From Eremomyces bilateralis CBS 781.70 (Eukaryota), in the NCBI GenBank assembly GCA_010015585.1, contig ML975156.1: a DNA stretch of 64,000 bases; one strand, given 5' to 3'. The notes beneath the pieces were generated by a model. The model saw only the letters and a program-made list of their open reading frames with translations. It ran no database searches and was not told the origin of the DNA. The position numbers and the translations under genes are program-made. This document shows, piece after piece, positions 1 through 14,290 of the stretch. Positions within the stretch are counted from its first letter, which is position 1. Every line of letters begins with the position of its first letter.

Positions 1-30
1 GACATCTGCAGGCGGGAGATCAAGAAGCAA

Positions 31-321
31 ATGAAATGGCAGCCGAGTTGCAAGCGGGGGACGACGAAGTGGAGTTACCAGGGGATGGTGCCGAATGAGG
101 ATGTATTCTACCGCATGGTGCGGATCGAGAAGGGGAATAAGGGGTGGAAGAAGAAGCAGATGCCGATGGCTGACTTTCGGAGGCGGTTTGGGCATGTGGA
201 AGCGAGTGTAAGTGAATGGATGGTCGTTAGATACCAGAAGCCGTGGCTGACACCAACACTAGATTCGATATGGAACCTTGATGATTACTGGAGACCATGT
301 CAACGTGCAGTGGGATCCTGA
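31..321 (+). CDS. Probable 3' end of a hypothetical protein truncated by the window edge
   Basis: ORF with coding-like composition; the frame is open back to position 1 and ends TGA at 319-321; no recognisable motif. Confidence 0.35.
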   Translation: MKWQPSCKRGTTKWSYQGMVPNEDVFYRMVRIEKGNKGWKKKQMPMADFRRRFGHVEASVSEWMVVRYQKPWLTPTLDSIWNLDDYWRPCQRAVGS

Positions 322-683
322 GGAGAAGACATTCAAGCTTAGCGGGACTTATGGCTTATAGGCATACGTCTATTATCGATCACTAAGGAGATCATCCGGC
401 AAAGGCTGCGATAGTTGGGAGACTCCTTCGGATGACGTTGACAGTGGCACAAGACGAATAGGGACGAGTGTATCATTATTACGTAGAGTTTCTCTCTGTC
501 GATACTGTAATCATATTTAAGAGGGTCGGTTTGAGCCGCTCCTGATTACTCTAAATATAGGTAGTATAAGGATAGCAATCTGATATTGACGTCAACCTGT
601 GCGAGCAGGGAATTGGATATAAAACTGTAGGAAAACTAAAGCAGAAGAGCAGTAAGTGTACACTTGTCATGCTGGAATGTCCA

Positions 684-2716
684 TTACCACGAAAAGCCTT
701 CAGTGTGAAGGTAAACCTCGGAAGCTCCACGACCAGCAAGCACCCGAGTCTGTGCCAAAGATGCCGCCTCACGGACGTCATGCGTCATACTATCAGGGCC
801 ACAGACAGCAATTGCAACACTCTCTCCAGCATTTGCTGTCCACTCTTCCAAAAGACCACTCAAATGGGGTCTGCCTTGGGAAACCTGCAACCACTCCCCG
901 CGAGACTTCGTAGAGGAAACCTTGACATCAATATTCTTTTCATCCAACGATGGTGTTCCGGAGCTTCCGTTTCTGGAGTCGCCAGTAAGATGGATGGCCA
1001 CGCTTAGCGCTTCGGCACCAGGATACCGCTCATGAAGACGGCCAATTTCTTCCACGAACCACTCGCGCACCTCTGGCTTACGCGCCGCGAGAACAACTTG
1101 AATCAGCGTCTTCTTGGCATCTCTTCCCTTCTGGCGCGCCAGAATATCTTCGACGAGTGGAAGAGTAAACCCGGCGCCTGAGCCGCCAGCGATGATCACG
1201 GCTCGGTCGAATTGAGCGAACGATTTCAGCGCGATGCCGCCAAACGGCCCTTCAAGCATAACTGGAATAGAAATTCCCGGCGATTTCTGAGCAATGGCTG
1301 CCAACCGTCCGGTAACGCCCCGGGCAGATTCAATGTAAAAGACCGCTTCGCAGGGACTGGTCCCGTCCTTTGAAGGGGGCAAAGAGCAGATGGTGAAGGG
1401 GTGGGAGGTCAGTGATTGAAGACCAAGGTGACGGAAGCTAATGAATCGGACGAAGAAGTGCTGGCCTGGGTGCCAGGAAAGGCGGAGTGCAGCTCTGGTT
1501 GCGGCACCACCCGATCGCAAGGGGACGACAGCCTTAATCATGCCGCTTGGAAGGGGGGTGAGGACAGCTTTATGGGAGAAGCCGTATAAGAAGAGAGACT
1601 TGAGCTGTGAGTACCAGAGCCCACTGAGGTAGACAGCTCCGGCAGCAATGAAGTAATCCCTAGATGACCGTCAGTCCCAAATCTTTGTAGGTATCAAGTC
1701 CAACTTACACAGAGGTAAGCGTGAAACTGCAGTGGATAAAAAAAAAGACAATAAACACAACTGCGGCAAGGATATGCGTAGCTTTGAAGAACTCGTAGAA
1801 TCGTTTCCGCAGCGGAGCCCAAGAGAAGAACGTCAGATAGGCCTGGGGAATTAGAGCCGCGACGCCGGTCCAGTAATAGAGGTTTGCAGTCCATTGAGCT
1901 CCCAGGTCGCCTTGTGAACGTCGATAAATGATGAAGGGGAACGTATGGATCAGGGCCAAGACAAGCATTGCCCACGCAGAGTACTGATGGAAGACTTGGA
2001 GCTTCTCATGCGGTACTCCAGTCGCGAGTGTAATCCAGTTGGACTTTGATGCCAGTGCTCTGTACCAGTTAGTCGGTTCTCATTTGGAAGGCTACGATAG
2101 GCTCACAAGTTGAACGGTAGAATAGCCAAAGCCATCCAGCCCGTTCTAGTAGCGATGGGTGGGGAGTTGCCAAAGGACTTAGTTCCATGGTTGGGCCAAT
2201 AGTATGGCTTTGGTCCTAGAGTCAGGATGAACAGGTAAACAATGGCGGTGGCAGTGAGGAGCAAGACTCCAAGGCTCGGAGTAAGCCATCTGATGGCTCG
2301 GAAGTTGTATCCCTTGTACGAGAGATATCGGAAGCCTGCTATTACTTTGGATAGCGGCCCTTTGGCGCGGCTTTTCGGAGAGGAGGATCGAGAGAGCAAA
2401 TGTATCAAGGTAAAGACGCCTATTGTCGCAAGGGCAAACCAGAGCGGCGCGCGAGCATAAACCAAATCGCTGATATACCTATGGTACTTTCAGTTAGTTT
2501 CAATGATTCGGGATACAAATAGAACAAACCTGAACCCCTGCTAAGGCCGGTTGCTTACCAGTATCTCCAATTTCCTCTACTCCATGCGCATTCCTCTGCG
2601 GTAAGAACCTCCCTACAAGTGGCAGTGCGGGAGGAATGCCATTCTAGCGGATAGTCAAAAAATGGTAGTCCTTTGGGCTTCTCGGCCTCCCCTCCGGACA
2701 TGGAACCGTGATTCAT
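684..2716 (-). CDS. Ferric/cupric reductase transmembrane component (FRE family), multi-exon
   Basis: Exons encode heme-ligating His helices (HEKLQVFHQ, FFKATH..HC), FAD motif HPFT, NADPH motifs EGPFGG and IAGGSG, C-terminal EGFSW; ATG at 2714-2716 inferred; several GT-AG introns. Confidence 0.9.
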
Positions 2717-3504
2717 TTTGGTGGTTGATGTGCCCGCTGTTTAGTCAGGGATAAGAAGTAAATTTTGGTGTTACTGCAGCACGAAGAGTATGGGAGAAAG
2801 GTTGTCGGGGGTTCATATAAGGTTGCTAAGCTTGAGTCTTTGCTCCCAGTGCCACGTGAACCTGATCAATGGCCCGGAATCCCTTAATTTCGCCATCACT
2901 ATGGTTCGTCACGGCTCGTTCTCCGCCTCGGCGTGACTGATTTTCGTGGGGATGGTTCTGGTTTCAGGACCGAGAATTGCTGGCCGTTAGATATAACAGC
3001 GAGCATTTGAGCAAGTTTATATATTGGCCCCTGCACTTCAAATGCTCCCCTAGCATCCAAATTAATTGTGATGGTTTGACTGGCTATTTTCCATGCACCA
3101 TGGATTTTAGCACTGTTCTAACTTAAACTGTCTCAACTAGTTAGGTCACTAGCGATTGTGATGGCGGACACTAAATAAATTGAGCGGGGATATGACCCTA
3201 ATGAGTAACAATCATCTGCCTTTGCCGCCTTGCCCTCTGCATATTAGAGACGAGTGGCTAGTAGACGAAGCAGACGAGAATGCCCGGATTAACGAAGAAG
3301 ATGAAAACTGGAAAAGCAAAACTTGTGAAAGAGCACGAACATTGTGTTATGGTTCCAGGCCTGTGGCCTGTCTCCTGTATGATAGTCACGTGACTAAGTC
3401 AACTGTCGAAGTCTTAGACATCGCGCACGCGTCGTAGATAGCTCTTCTTCTTTTAGCTTTGCAATAAATGAAAGTGGTTCTCGTAACTTCTGCGATCAAA
3501 CCGT

Positions 3505-4080
3505 CTCACATTGGGCGTTAGAAGATTGGAAAAACGTGGTTTGGAGTGAGGAGACGGCGATCGTATTACTTCATAATAGAGGTAGTTATCGGATATGGAG
3601 CACGAAAGACAAGGCGTTTTCAAGGAGCTATACCCGGGAGCCGCGGAAAGGATATACAGAATCTATGTTCTGGACCTGCTTTTCGTACGATAAGAAATAT
3701 CTGTTCCATTGCTGGAGGGCGGAAACGAAAAAGGAGAAAATTGACGCGGAAAGAGTATTAGAAGAGGTGAACGAATTGCTTGAAACTATTTATTGAGAAC
3801 AGTGAGCTTGAAACAGGTATTGCGAGGATGAAACCCATTATGTAGAGCGACGAGTATATGTATTTGGAGTACAGCGACTTCTTTGACGTAGGAATTCCTC
3901 AGAACCAAATGCTATCGAGCCATGCTAGCCATAGATGAAGAGAGTGAAAATAAGGAAACGTATTCCAAAAAATAGGCAGAAGTTGTTAAAGCCTAGCAAA
4001 CTTGTTAGGAAGACCTGCCGAAGGAGAAGATCCAGGCTTGGATAGCGCGGATTCCACTACATAGTAGATAAACAATTGAG
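3505..4080 (+). mobile_element. Degenerate Tc1/mariner-type (DDE) transposase remnant
   Basis: Fragments translate to HWALEDWKNVVWSEET, MFWTCFSYDKK, NSSEPNAIEPC*P*MK and EDLPKEKIQAWIARIP, resembling the fungal Tc1/mariner WSDE and SPDLNxIE motifs; stops and deletions present. Confidence 0.75.
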
Positions 4081-4765
4081 CTAGAACGAGAGAACGAGGA
4101 TAAGAAGGTAAAGATTGAGATAACGCAAATTTCCTAATTTGAAATAGATCGGAAACACTCGCTGGTCTGGTCGAGCATTACAAACGGTATCACACTGCCG
4201 CTTACCAGGGCAAGCAGCTCGCAGAATGCATACGCGGATTTTCTGATAGACTCTGATCAAGACTCCAGTCTCGACAGCATTGGAGTTGAGACCACGGAGC
4301 CACACATCCAGGGAGCACATGTCGGTCCTCAGGCTAGGATGCATGGTAGGAGTATGTTATGCAAATAAAAACTCATCGTATAATCGGGTGATCACGCGGG
4401 GGGTTGAATTAGATTGACCTACTAATCTTCACTAGCATCACGCAAACCACGATTCTCATCAAGATAGACCTAAGCCTTCTTTCGTATAAGCTAACACTTC
4501 TAAAGCACTCGAATTCATAAAATTTTGGCGGAGCAATGCTGAAGGTGTGTAGATGTTCACTGTTCCGATTCTGTTCAGCCAGTCCAACCCATCAACCCTC
4601 TTTCAGCGGCTTGGCGCCTTGGCCCCAATTAGCCCTTCTGCGACGCCGCTTACCCGATTTACCTTTTCCGTGTTACCCTAACTCCAAAAGAAAAGCTGCA
4701 TCCCTCCTTGTGATGCCAATGCTTCCGGCTCCTACGCGCCCTCAAATCCAGCTCAAGACCCACGG

Positions 4766-6587
4766 TTATACCAATTCCGCGGCGTCATATCTACCTGCTT
4801 TCTTATCTTGTTTCTTCTCTCCTGAGAACTTCATACCCATCAATCGCATGATGAACGAGCCCTTGCGTTTGCCTATAGCCGCCGGTTCCGCTTCGATAGT
4901 GCAAGAATAACTCTCGGAAGATCCGCTGCTGGTGTCCGTGCAAGGAGGGGGCAGGAAGTATGGGCAATCTCCTCCAATGTACAAAGCAAGATCTGGCATC
5001 TTGTGCATCTTGGCATACTGCACTTGGAAGGTCTGTTTGGAGTTAGTTTTCTGGTTCAACGTGTGCCTTTGGGGCACCCTGGGACCCTGATGACAAGTGA
5101 CTTACTTTGAGACTGCCCAGCGCTTCCTGTGTTCTGCACTGACTCTGCAACTTATCAAAGATCCGCTGCGCATGGAGCTCCTCTGGCGGCTTGGTGTTCC
5201 GTCGACAGCGATCGGACGGGGAGAAGATGTGGTGATCACCTAAGTCCTCTGGCCGTCCTGGACAATATTCGAGGGTTTCGTTGAGGATGATATCGCTTTG
5301 GGCAGCAAAACGGCCCGCCCAATAAGACCGCGGTTGCGGTTCCTCGACCTCTTTCATATTCGAGTGCGGTGGCGGTGTATGAAAGCAGGACATGCTCCTT
5401 AAGGGGGGCTGTCGTCGCGGGCCTTCATGGTCGTGACTCACATCTCCCGGCTTTCTGCCTGATGATGACTGAATACTCGTCCTTGTAGGTGAGTGTTCGA
5501 TTCCTAGCCTCTTTCGGACTTCCGCTATTTCGGTGAACTTGGATGAAGCAGAGCGGAGATTCACCGCCGTTGCTGGGGTCCGTGGAAGTAGATCCGGAAC
5601 TGACTGCTGCCGCAAACTCGGTGAAGGAAGAGATGGATTCAATGGCCGCATCAATTGTCGATGCTGAATTGTCTCGCAGAACGACTTGGTTTGTGGAAGC
5701 CGTAGAGGCTCACCCCATTCCACGGGAATCGCGGGCGATGGCGTCGGGATTCGACTGGCAACCGATCTCCTGGCCGGCGTTGATCCAATTCCCATATTGC
5801 TGACATTGCTCGACTCATTTCGAACGTCTGCCCTGCTTTCGGATGCCTCGGCGATGGATTGAAGTGCCGACTGTGGAAGCTCCTTCCGTCGAATCTCGTG
5901 TCGCCCTGTTGCCAGTTCATTAGGAATGCTGCTGGTAATCGGTTCGCGCGGAACGCTCTCGATGTTCACGGTCGTCGTCGCTAGTATCGTAGCCTGGCTT
6001 CTACTGGAACGGAAGTTCTCCTTGCCTTGTGACTTGTTGATGCCCTGGAGCGGAGCATTTAGGACCGGCGCATGCAGATTGGGTTGCGTGATAGACCTGG
6101 GTGTCTGCGAGGTGGTGAAGTGGCTGAACGACTCATCTCGGCGTCTGCTGCGCAGGTTCTCTTTGTTGACAGGTGATGGAATGCGAGATCGTGGCAGAAA
6201 TGTTGTGCTGGTCGATGATGGAAGCCCCTTGTTGCTCTCATTAGTCTCCTTCTTCAGGACGAGATTCCCGGTTGTAATTCTTCGAGGCAGAAAACCGCGC
6301 TTTAGTCGCTGGTCTGTACCGGTATGAGATCTCGCGAGCTGTTCGCCATGCACTGACGTGGTTGGTGTGAGTTGACTATCGTCCGAGCTATCGGATGCCT
6401 TCCGATTCTCTCCTGACTTCGAGGGCCGCTTCTTGTGCAGTGCTCGGTTCGCTAAGGGTCGCAAAGAGTTGGAAAAGTTCGTGATCGACTCCAACCGTTG
6501 AAGTGTTTTGCTTTGTGTGTTGTTTTTGGGTTTACGGGTGGCGATCAGCGGACGAGGATTGCCGGTAGAACTAGCTACTTGATGCAT
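4766..6587 (-). CDS. Hypothetical Ser/Arg/Pro-rich protein with a conserved-looking C-terminal region (YWAGRF)
   Basis: 520-aa ORF 5043-6605; GTAAGT donor near 5105 joins a terminal exon in the frame of ORF 4766-5077; 5' end uncertain. Confidence 0.6.
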
Positions 6588-7364
6588 GGTGACTTTGAGT
6601 TCCAAAAAGCAGTGATTGAAATTTTGAAGAAAGACTGTGACGAACTATCGACAGAGGCAAGCCGTCATGAGGAGTGTTTATCTGTACATTTACTGGAGTG
6701 GGATGAAATTGGGGTGACGGCGAGTGTGAATGTGAATCTGGAAGCTCCGCATAGGTAAATAAACAACACAAGATCGCACCTGCTAGGCTGGCCACCAGGT
6801 GAATCTTGAAGTCCAAAGGTTCACTAGTAAGCAAATCAAAGGCATGAGTTTAAAATCAGCATTGCAGTGGAATCCATCAGTTGCAGCGTGGGCGATATCA
6901 GCTGTGACCCCTTAAAACCTAGCCAGGGAGCGATGAGCAGAGAGGACCTTTACGGTCGAAGAATTCTACCGTTAGTTTTACAACCAAGACGATCGCAGAA
7001 ACCGACGTCATTTTGGACGTGAATATGCTGTGTTGCATGTCGATCGAAATGGTAGCCATTGACCTGGTTTATTGCTTGGTCGCGTACCGTCGAGCAGAAC
7101 CGTGGATGAAGAACCCGAGATACCCCTATTTGATGACAAGTTCGAGGCCAGATAGCCCAGTCCGGAATTAGCCACGCACATTGAGTCGTCTCAAAGTTCC
7201 GCTGTAAGATTTGATCGATACTTATCTAAGGGCGGAACTTGTTACATTACATGCCATATTGATGACACTAATGTCCTTTGTTCCGAAGCCATCGATCTTC
7301 GCCAGTGATGATACAATCCTCCCAGAGATCCAAACAACGCCCCAAAGCTCATTATCTCTTTCCG

Positions 7365-10300
7365 TTACTCCTCATCCGAGTCATCGATCACAAAGCCCGC
7401 CCGCATGCGAGGAGCTGGTGCGCGTTTGACTGGCACGTCATCCTCACTATCACTTTGAGCATTGTTGCCATTCAGTGCAGAGGTCTCTGTTTGCTTGACT
7501 GCTGCCGGTTCTTCATCAACATCGCTCATCTCCACGTCGCCGGTATTTCGCTCAACATGATGCTGTGAAGATATTGGAGTTTCATCGTCCGATTCGTCGC
7601 TGGAATGATCGCTCGAAATGAGGATCTGGTCCGTTGGTCGTGGAGAGGTCGATCTCGAGGTCCGCAAGGGACTCGCATCGGAGAGCTCGGAATCGCTTCC
7701 AGCTATACTCTTCCGCTTCTTGGCCTTCCTCTTGTCCTTCTCTCCGCCTTCGACAGCGGACTTCCTCTTCTTTGACCCTGTCGTCAGGTTGAGCAAAGCT
7801 TGGCGAATATTCTGGTTTGTGTTTTCCCGTCTCTTCTCCTCCTGGGCGAAGAACTCCGCATCGTCCCCTGAATCCTCGTCAGAGCTGTGTACAAACAGCG
7901 CGCTCTTGATCTTCTTTTGCTTTTCGCTTTCCGCCTTTCGTTTCGCTCGGGCCCGTCTCTCTTTCTCTTCGTCATCTAGTTCCCCCCGGTTCTTCAGCTT
8001 CCGCTTCGATTTGGGCTTCTCCAATGCGTCCGGTTTGCGGGCGGTTGGGCCTCCCACAGGGAACAGGAGCTCTTCAATGTCGTCGTTGGCAATGAAGTCA
8101 TCCTCGCCGGAATCATCGTCAAACTCGGCTCGTTGACGAGGCACGATTTTGCGACGGATGTAATCGGAATAATCTAGGGTCTCGTCCATTCCGCCTTCTT
8201 CTAGCCCTAGAGCTTCCGAAACGAAATGAAAGTTCTCTTCAATCTCGCGCCAACCCATTTCAGAGGGGAATACCCAACCAAGCTTTGTCCCGTCACTACC
8301 ATCTGCCCAGTGCAACCCCAGTACGCTCAGCAACAATCGCAACTTGCTATCTTTAACCATGGCCTTTCGCCTGTCCGGATCGTTTGATTCGAGAGGGATT
8401 GGAGCAATTTTCGGTTCTTCGCGGCTTGGAACCGGGGCATCTGGATTTTCAGATGCCCAAGCAATTGCATCAACTCCTTGCCGAGTGGCATCCGCTTCTT
8501 GCTTCTTACGCTTTTCAAGGATCTCTTCAAGAGTCGACTGGACCCAGAAAGCGTTGCCCGATTTGTCCTGTAACAGGACTGCTTTCACTGCAACTTGGAT
8601 CTGCACCTCTTTACTCAATCCTGGTGTGAGTTCCAACTCAGGCGCCACCCTTGGCACACTCTTGGGCACCTCTCTGTCATAGCCGTGTTGAAGATAATAC
8701 AGCGTGGGGGACATCTTGCTGAATAGAATCTCGACAATGAGTTCGGGTCGCTCCTCGACCTTTTTAATCAATTTCCGGAGCACGTTCTTAACCAGCTCTT
8801 TCCACTCCTTAAATGAAGCATGCTGGCGATCCAGGCCATTTGGCCCTTCGATCATGCGGTGGAAAAGCCGAATGATGTCTGCCCTGAAGAGAAGAACACT
8901 CTGTTCTAACTTGAATGCTGCTCGGTAGAAGAATCGGTGCGCCCGTTTCAGCTGCTGTGCGTCAAGTTCATGGTAAAACTTAGTGAATGCAATGAAGGTA
9001 TTGATGCAATTTTCGTTGACGAATCGGGCAGAGAACCGCATGAAGTCGAATTTCCTTTCTTTGGTTGTCTGCAGTGCGTCCTGTTCCTCTTCTTCTTCCG
9101 AGTCTTCCTGTGGATCTTCCTCTTGATTCCCATCTTCGCCGCTATTGGCCTGTTTTTCTTTCCTCTTCTCCTTCTTCTTACGGCGAGCACGACGTTTCGA
9201 ACGAATTTGGAGGTCGGCATTTTGTTTCGAATAATGCTCGAGCATCCGAATAAATACGTGCGCGAGCTCAGTACAGGCGTCCAAGTACCCAAAACCTTGA
9301 TCCTTATAACTTCGCACCAGTCTGATAATCCGATCGTGCGTAGACTCTTCGTAGAAAATTCGGTTCTGGATGTTGTCCGCAATGTCCTGGTCGTCCTCGT
9401 TGGAGCTCTCGGCCATTTGTTGAATGGTGAGCAAGATTTGCGTGAAGCACTTCATCCCTGCATTGACGTCTATGTTCATCTTATTGTCAACCCCGGACTG
9501 CATGAATCGGTTCAATAAGATAAACGTCTCCTGGTTCAGCACGCTCGCGACGAGAGAGAATCCTTCGTCTTCCTCTGCAACCGTCTTTCCCTTGCTTTTC
9601 GCCGATTTCTTCTCCCGTCGAGCGCATTCGGCCTTCAGAAACCATGAGATGAGGTAAAAGAACTGCGAAGTATGAGATTTTAACACTCGGTCAGCTTCCC
9701 TCTCGATGGCTTTGCGCAATTGCACAAAGAGTGGGTTGAAGGATGAGTCCAAGAAGTCTTCAATAAAACTTCGTAAATGGTTTCGAGCCGATGGACTCAG
9801 TGGCGTTTCGACGTCGAACTCAGCCTAAAACCGATCAGTACGCGCTAAAAGAAGTTGATTCTGAGCCTTACCCCGTCATCGCCAGTTTTACGGCTCCGCT
9901 GTTTTGGTTTGTTCCACTTCTTGGATTTGTCCATTTTGTTCAGAGTCCGCTGAGAGTTTCCAAGAACATCTTGTCCAGAGACGGTAGACATGCGGTTGTC
10001 GGCCCGCTTCACCCAAACCATTGCTCCGAATCGATTATGCCTCGTTGGTGCATGCCGCGCATATTCTGAGAGCATTGACTTCTCCTTCTGCAACAAGTCT
10101 CGAAAGTCTTTCGTGTTCGACTTGGCCAACTGCTGCTCTTCCATGAAGAGCTTGGCTGGATTGATACCGCGTAAAAGATGGAACAGAATTTCTAAGGTGA
10201 TCACGTCTTGCTGTACGAACTCGGATCCCATGCTCGATGCGATTGTCAGAAGGAATGGAAAGATATCCTGGTCGGCGAACGTGTCGATAGTGGCAGACCG

Positions 10301-11023
10301 TGATATCTCCGCTTCTTCGCCGTCCATTGGCAGATCCGCGGGATGCGCAATCTGCACGACGTTACGGAAGAAGTAGAGAGCAAGACGGATGATATCTTCA
10401 TCTCGGGTATTTCTCTCATTGCGAGGCTGAGCCATTGAAGGAATAGTAATCTGCACAATGGTACGGAGAATCTGAGTAGTATCGTGACCGAGGATGGCTC
10501 TCTTATAGCCAGCCTGAGCTAATTGAAGATACGGGGTGTGCCGATGATGGCCAACCGTCATCTGTGCATCGTCGATGTCCAATGGCCATGTTAAAGTGAC
10601 CATTAAGTCGACTGCCAAGGTTAGATTGGAATGAGGAATAGGCGTAGAAATTACGTACGACAAGCCAGAGCGACCTTGAATTTCAAACCGCCTTCTGGGA
10701 TATTTTCCGGGAATGATGCTAATATCTGGAGCAGGTCTCCACGGAGCAAATTGGCCTCCGCCATTGAACGGGCAACATCGAAACGGTTGAGCTTCTCGTC
10801 CACATGTTTGAGCCATCTTCGCAAGTCTTTAAGAACAGCAAGCGCGTCATCGCCTAGTACATAACGCCCGTCGAGTTCAGCACTCGATCCTCCGAGCTAT
10901 TGCATGTTAGCTATTATGCGAGCTGTTGAGATGTGAAGCAGGACCTACCGCCGTGACAAGACTGTAAACATACGCCCGGACTTCTGGGTCCACAGTGGAC
11001 GGTCTTGAATCGTCGATCTCCAT
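7365..11023 (-). CDS. TOF1: Replication fork protection complex subunit Tof1/Swi1/Timeless
   Basis: N-terminus VDPEVRAYVYSLVTA..YVLGDDALAVLKDLRRWL, TIMELESS-domain segments (LMVTLTWP, RHNRFG, RIFYEE) and acidic/basic C-terminus; 3 introns inferred. Confidence 0.92.
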
Positions 11024-11776
11024 ATTCAAATCATTTGTGGAAGGTATGAATTGGAGGGTATTTGCATTGCCATGGAGGTGAATGAGGTCGTTCATGGATG
11101 GTGGTTCAAACGCGGAGAGACGCGTTGAAATTCTGTTGGACGCGTCGGGAACAGGGGTCGCGTGGCTGCCACTTTCCACTCCGGACCTCCTGCCTCGCCA
11201 GGACTTTCCGCCAACTTGTTAGCAACCGTAAGCCCTCCAAAGTGCATCTTTCTACACGTAGTATATCGAGCTGTCTAGACGCCATGAGTGAGCAAACGAA
11301 GCAGCGGCCATATTTCTATAAATAAATAAATATTCAGCTCGAAGCCCAATGTATCTGGTTCCAGCTTCCACTGATGTTCCCCCAAGGACAAGCACTCCTC
11401 CGCTCTCCGCGGTGGAACGTTAATCCGCTCATATGGACGTCCCTGCCTCCTGAATCGCATGATGACGATGATTCGCCCAAGGCATCCCTCATTCGAAACA
11501 AAAACAATTGCTCCTGTCGGCCTTGGATTTTGTTCTCTCAAGAATTCGGTGACTGGACATCCAGCACAGACCTTTTCATCACGAGGGTGTTGAAGTGCGA
11601 TTATCATGGGCTTCTTAACGTAACAACTTCCCGTGGCATCCACGAGCCTACTTCAACTAGCCGCGCATGTTCTGTATTCTATTAATCTACCTGCACCTGT
11701 CCTCCCAATTATCCAGTGCATGTCAGGAGTAGAAGACGACATCGGCAGGATCGACATCACTTAAATAAATCTCAGA

Positions 11777-12646
11777 ATGGCTCCGGATCTCAACTCCGTC
11801 CCTCCATCTCCTCGTTCTCCAACGAGTCCTTCCGCTGCTCAAACCCCGCAACCATCCACCTCGTCCTCGCGCCGAACATCTCAAATCTACCCCATGAATC
11901 CTCCTCCGCTGCCACTGGCCACGCCTGGAGGCGGTTTGCCCACCAACACCCACCCATTTCCGCCGCTGAGCCCAGTCTCCAGCAGCCACAACCATGAGTC
12001 CGGGAGCGGCGTCCCTATGAGACATCCTCGACCCCTCACCGCCGCAGAGCTGCATTCGGAGCTGGAGAAAGAGCAGGAAGCAGTGGTACGTAAATCTGCG
12101 CCGCATCAACGTCCTCCTTGTACTCACTGGTATCTTGTGCCGTAGGTCAACCGCTTAACCCGTGAACTCGCGGCTCTTCGAGCACATTCCGCGTCAGTGG
12201 CCTCCACTACTTCTTCCACCTCCACTGCCCCCGTTCTTCTCGATCCTTCCGACCCATCCACGACCACTACGAGCGTCTCCCTGGCGGGACCTACGCATCC
12301 GACCGCATCACGAAGGCACCGCAGCTCCAGCAGCGTATCCCGAGGAAGCGTCACCACAGCACATATAGGGATACCTCTGACGAGCGCAACTGCGAGCATA
12401 CCGCACCATCACCGACCCTCCGCCGGAACGGTACAACTGGAGCAGGCAGGCGCACCCTATGGGACTTCCTTACGATCGAATAGCATAGGCCTGACGTCAC
12501 CACGATATGAGGAGACGGCTATGTATAGGCATGAGTTGGAGGAAGCGAAGAAAGAGAATGAAGCGCTACGACAGAAAGTCCGAGAACTGGAAGTTTTGCT
12601 ACGGCAGAGACGGAGCTCTTCGGCTTCGAGTGCGAGGGGGACATAG
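11777..12646 (+). CDS. Conserved fungal hypothetical protein, Ser/Pro-rich with coiled coils
   Basis: Exon 1 ends ELEKEQEAV, intron ~12086-12145, exon 2 begins VNRLTREL and ends ELEEAKKENEALRQKVRELE. Confidence 0.7.
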
Positions 12647-14290
12647 AGCTGGGCTTTATACTTCGTCTTTCGTTCAGGGTTCTCCTTCGTTTGAGAAGTT
12701 ATATGGCGTTTAGGACTGGGGTATTGGGGTCAAGATTTTGCTTTTGATATAGTGACAAGAAGGATGCTATTGCCAAATGGCTCCTGCCTCAGTACTGGTG
12801 GCATGGGATGGAAATTCTTAGGCCCTGTGAGTGGTCGCTGAAAGCCTGATGGTGAGGCTTCAGTTAAGAATGAAAGATTTCAGGTCGGCCTTTTCGCGTC
12901 TTCGTGACAGTAGGGTATGAAAATTCCTGATACCCTGAACCGTGCTGATTGTTCCGTAGAAAATCATGTTTAGAGCTCAACGGTACTTATACAGAGATTG
13001 AGTGGCACCTTGCCGTCTAGGCTTGTTGGAAACCAACCTGGAATGATTCGAGCACACTTTACAGCGCTCTGGCTACCATGAATGCTCGATTAAATGCAGT
13101 ACGATGAATACAAAATGCTGATCTCATTGTACGACACGAATATCTCCTGTTGAACACGTCCTAGTAATGGTCTGGTATCGAGGCTAACTGATATAGACTC
13201 ATGCCAGACATTCTTACTAGATATTACCTGTCCGCCCTTCAATTCAAGACCAGAAAAGAATACGATTTGAGAGGTGAATTGGCAGTTTCACAAGTCTTTG
13301 TTTACCGCCCAACTGTCGCCTATAAAGGTAAATGACTTTAGAGGATAGGCACGTGGGGTGAACTCCCAGTAGGTGAACTCCCCATATGGGAGGGTCGATT
13401 CGCCAAGAGGGTAGACATATGTCTAAGACATGAAGATTGTAGTTCTTCTTCTAGGTTGTCCAAACCCTTTATACAATGATTAGGAGTGGCCCGTAGAAGC
13501 CGATACCTAAGATCCTTGGGTTCCTGGAATGATTCTTCTTATATGACTAGCGAATGTCTCTTCTAAACCTTCCCAGTGTGGCCTTGAAATTATTCCGAAC
13601 TACTACTACAAAATAGTAGGGGCGTGAGAGGTCTTAGCAAGGATCTTAAGGAGTGTGAGCTGCGAAGGTCGATAAATGTCTTTGTAGGAACTCAAGCGAA
13701 ATTGATTGGAGTTCTAATGTATGATATCCTCTTAAATTCAGGTTCAGCTATCCCTCAGGCTTTTCAAGGCGTCCTGTCTGATATCTAGCCAGGAGAGGTT
13801 GTTAATGCTCTTTGAGTGGTCCCCAACGGATGCTCCTCAAGGGGTTACCCATGAATGTCCTTGGGAACCTTCCCTGAAAACATCTTCCTGTTATTTCAGA
13901 AACTCGGAAATCGATGGAGAGATAAACTATAACTTGGTTAAACAGCGACAGATCAGTGGCTGATGTGCTCTCTGGTACCCGAGGATTTGGCATAATGGAT
14001 ATTACTAGTACCTGGTTTACGTCTAAAGGAAGGTTACCTGATAGATTATTTCCAGACATGCCTTCTGTACCTTGTAGGAGCGATGTCAGACTACCCGTGA
14101 ACATGCCTTCAGAGGTGGGCTTCAGTTCTGTGCCTCACAGGGGCGGCTGGGTTCAGCTTATCCCAGCCACCCCCTGGAAGTAGATATGGCGGCGTGCAGC
14201 TCAGTGATAAGACAGTGGAGACTGGAGAAGAGTATCCGCCATGTCCACTGTGTCTGCTATGTCTCCTATAATGCACCTTTCGTTCCCTTT

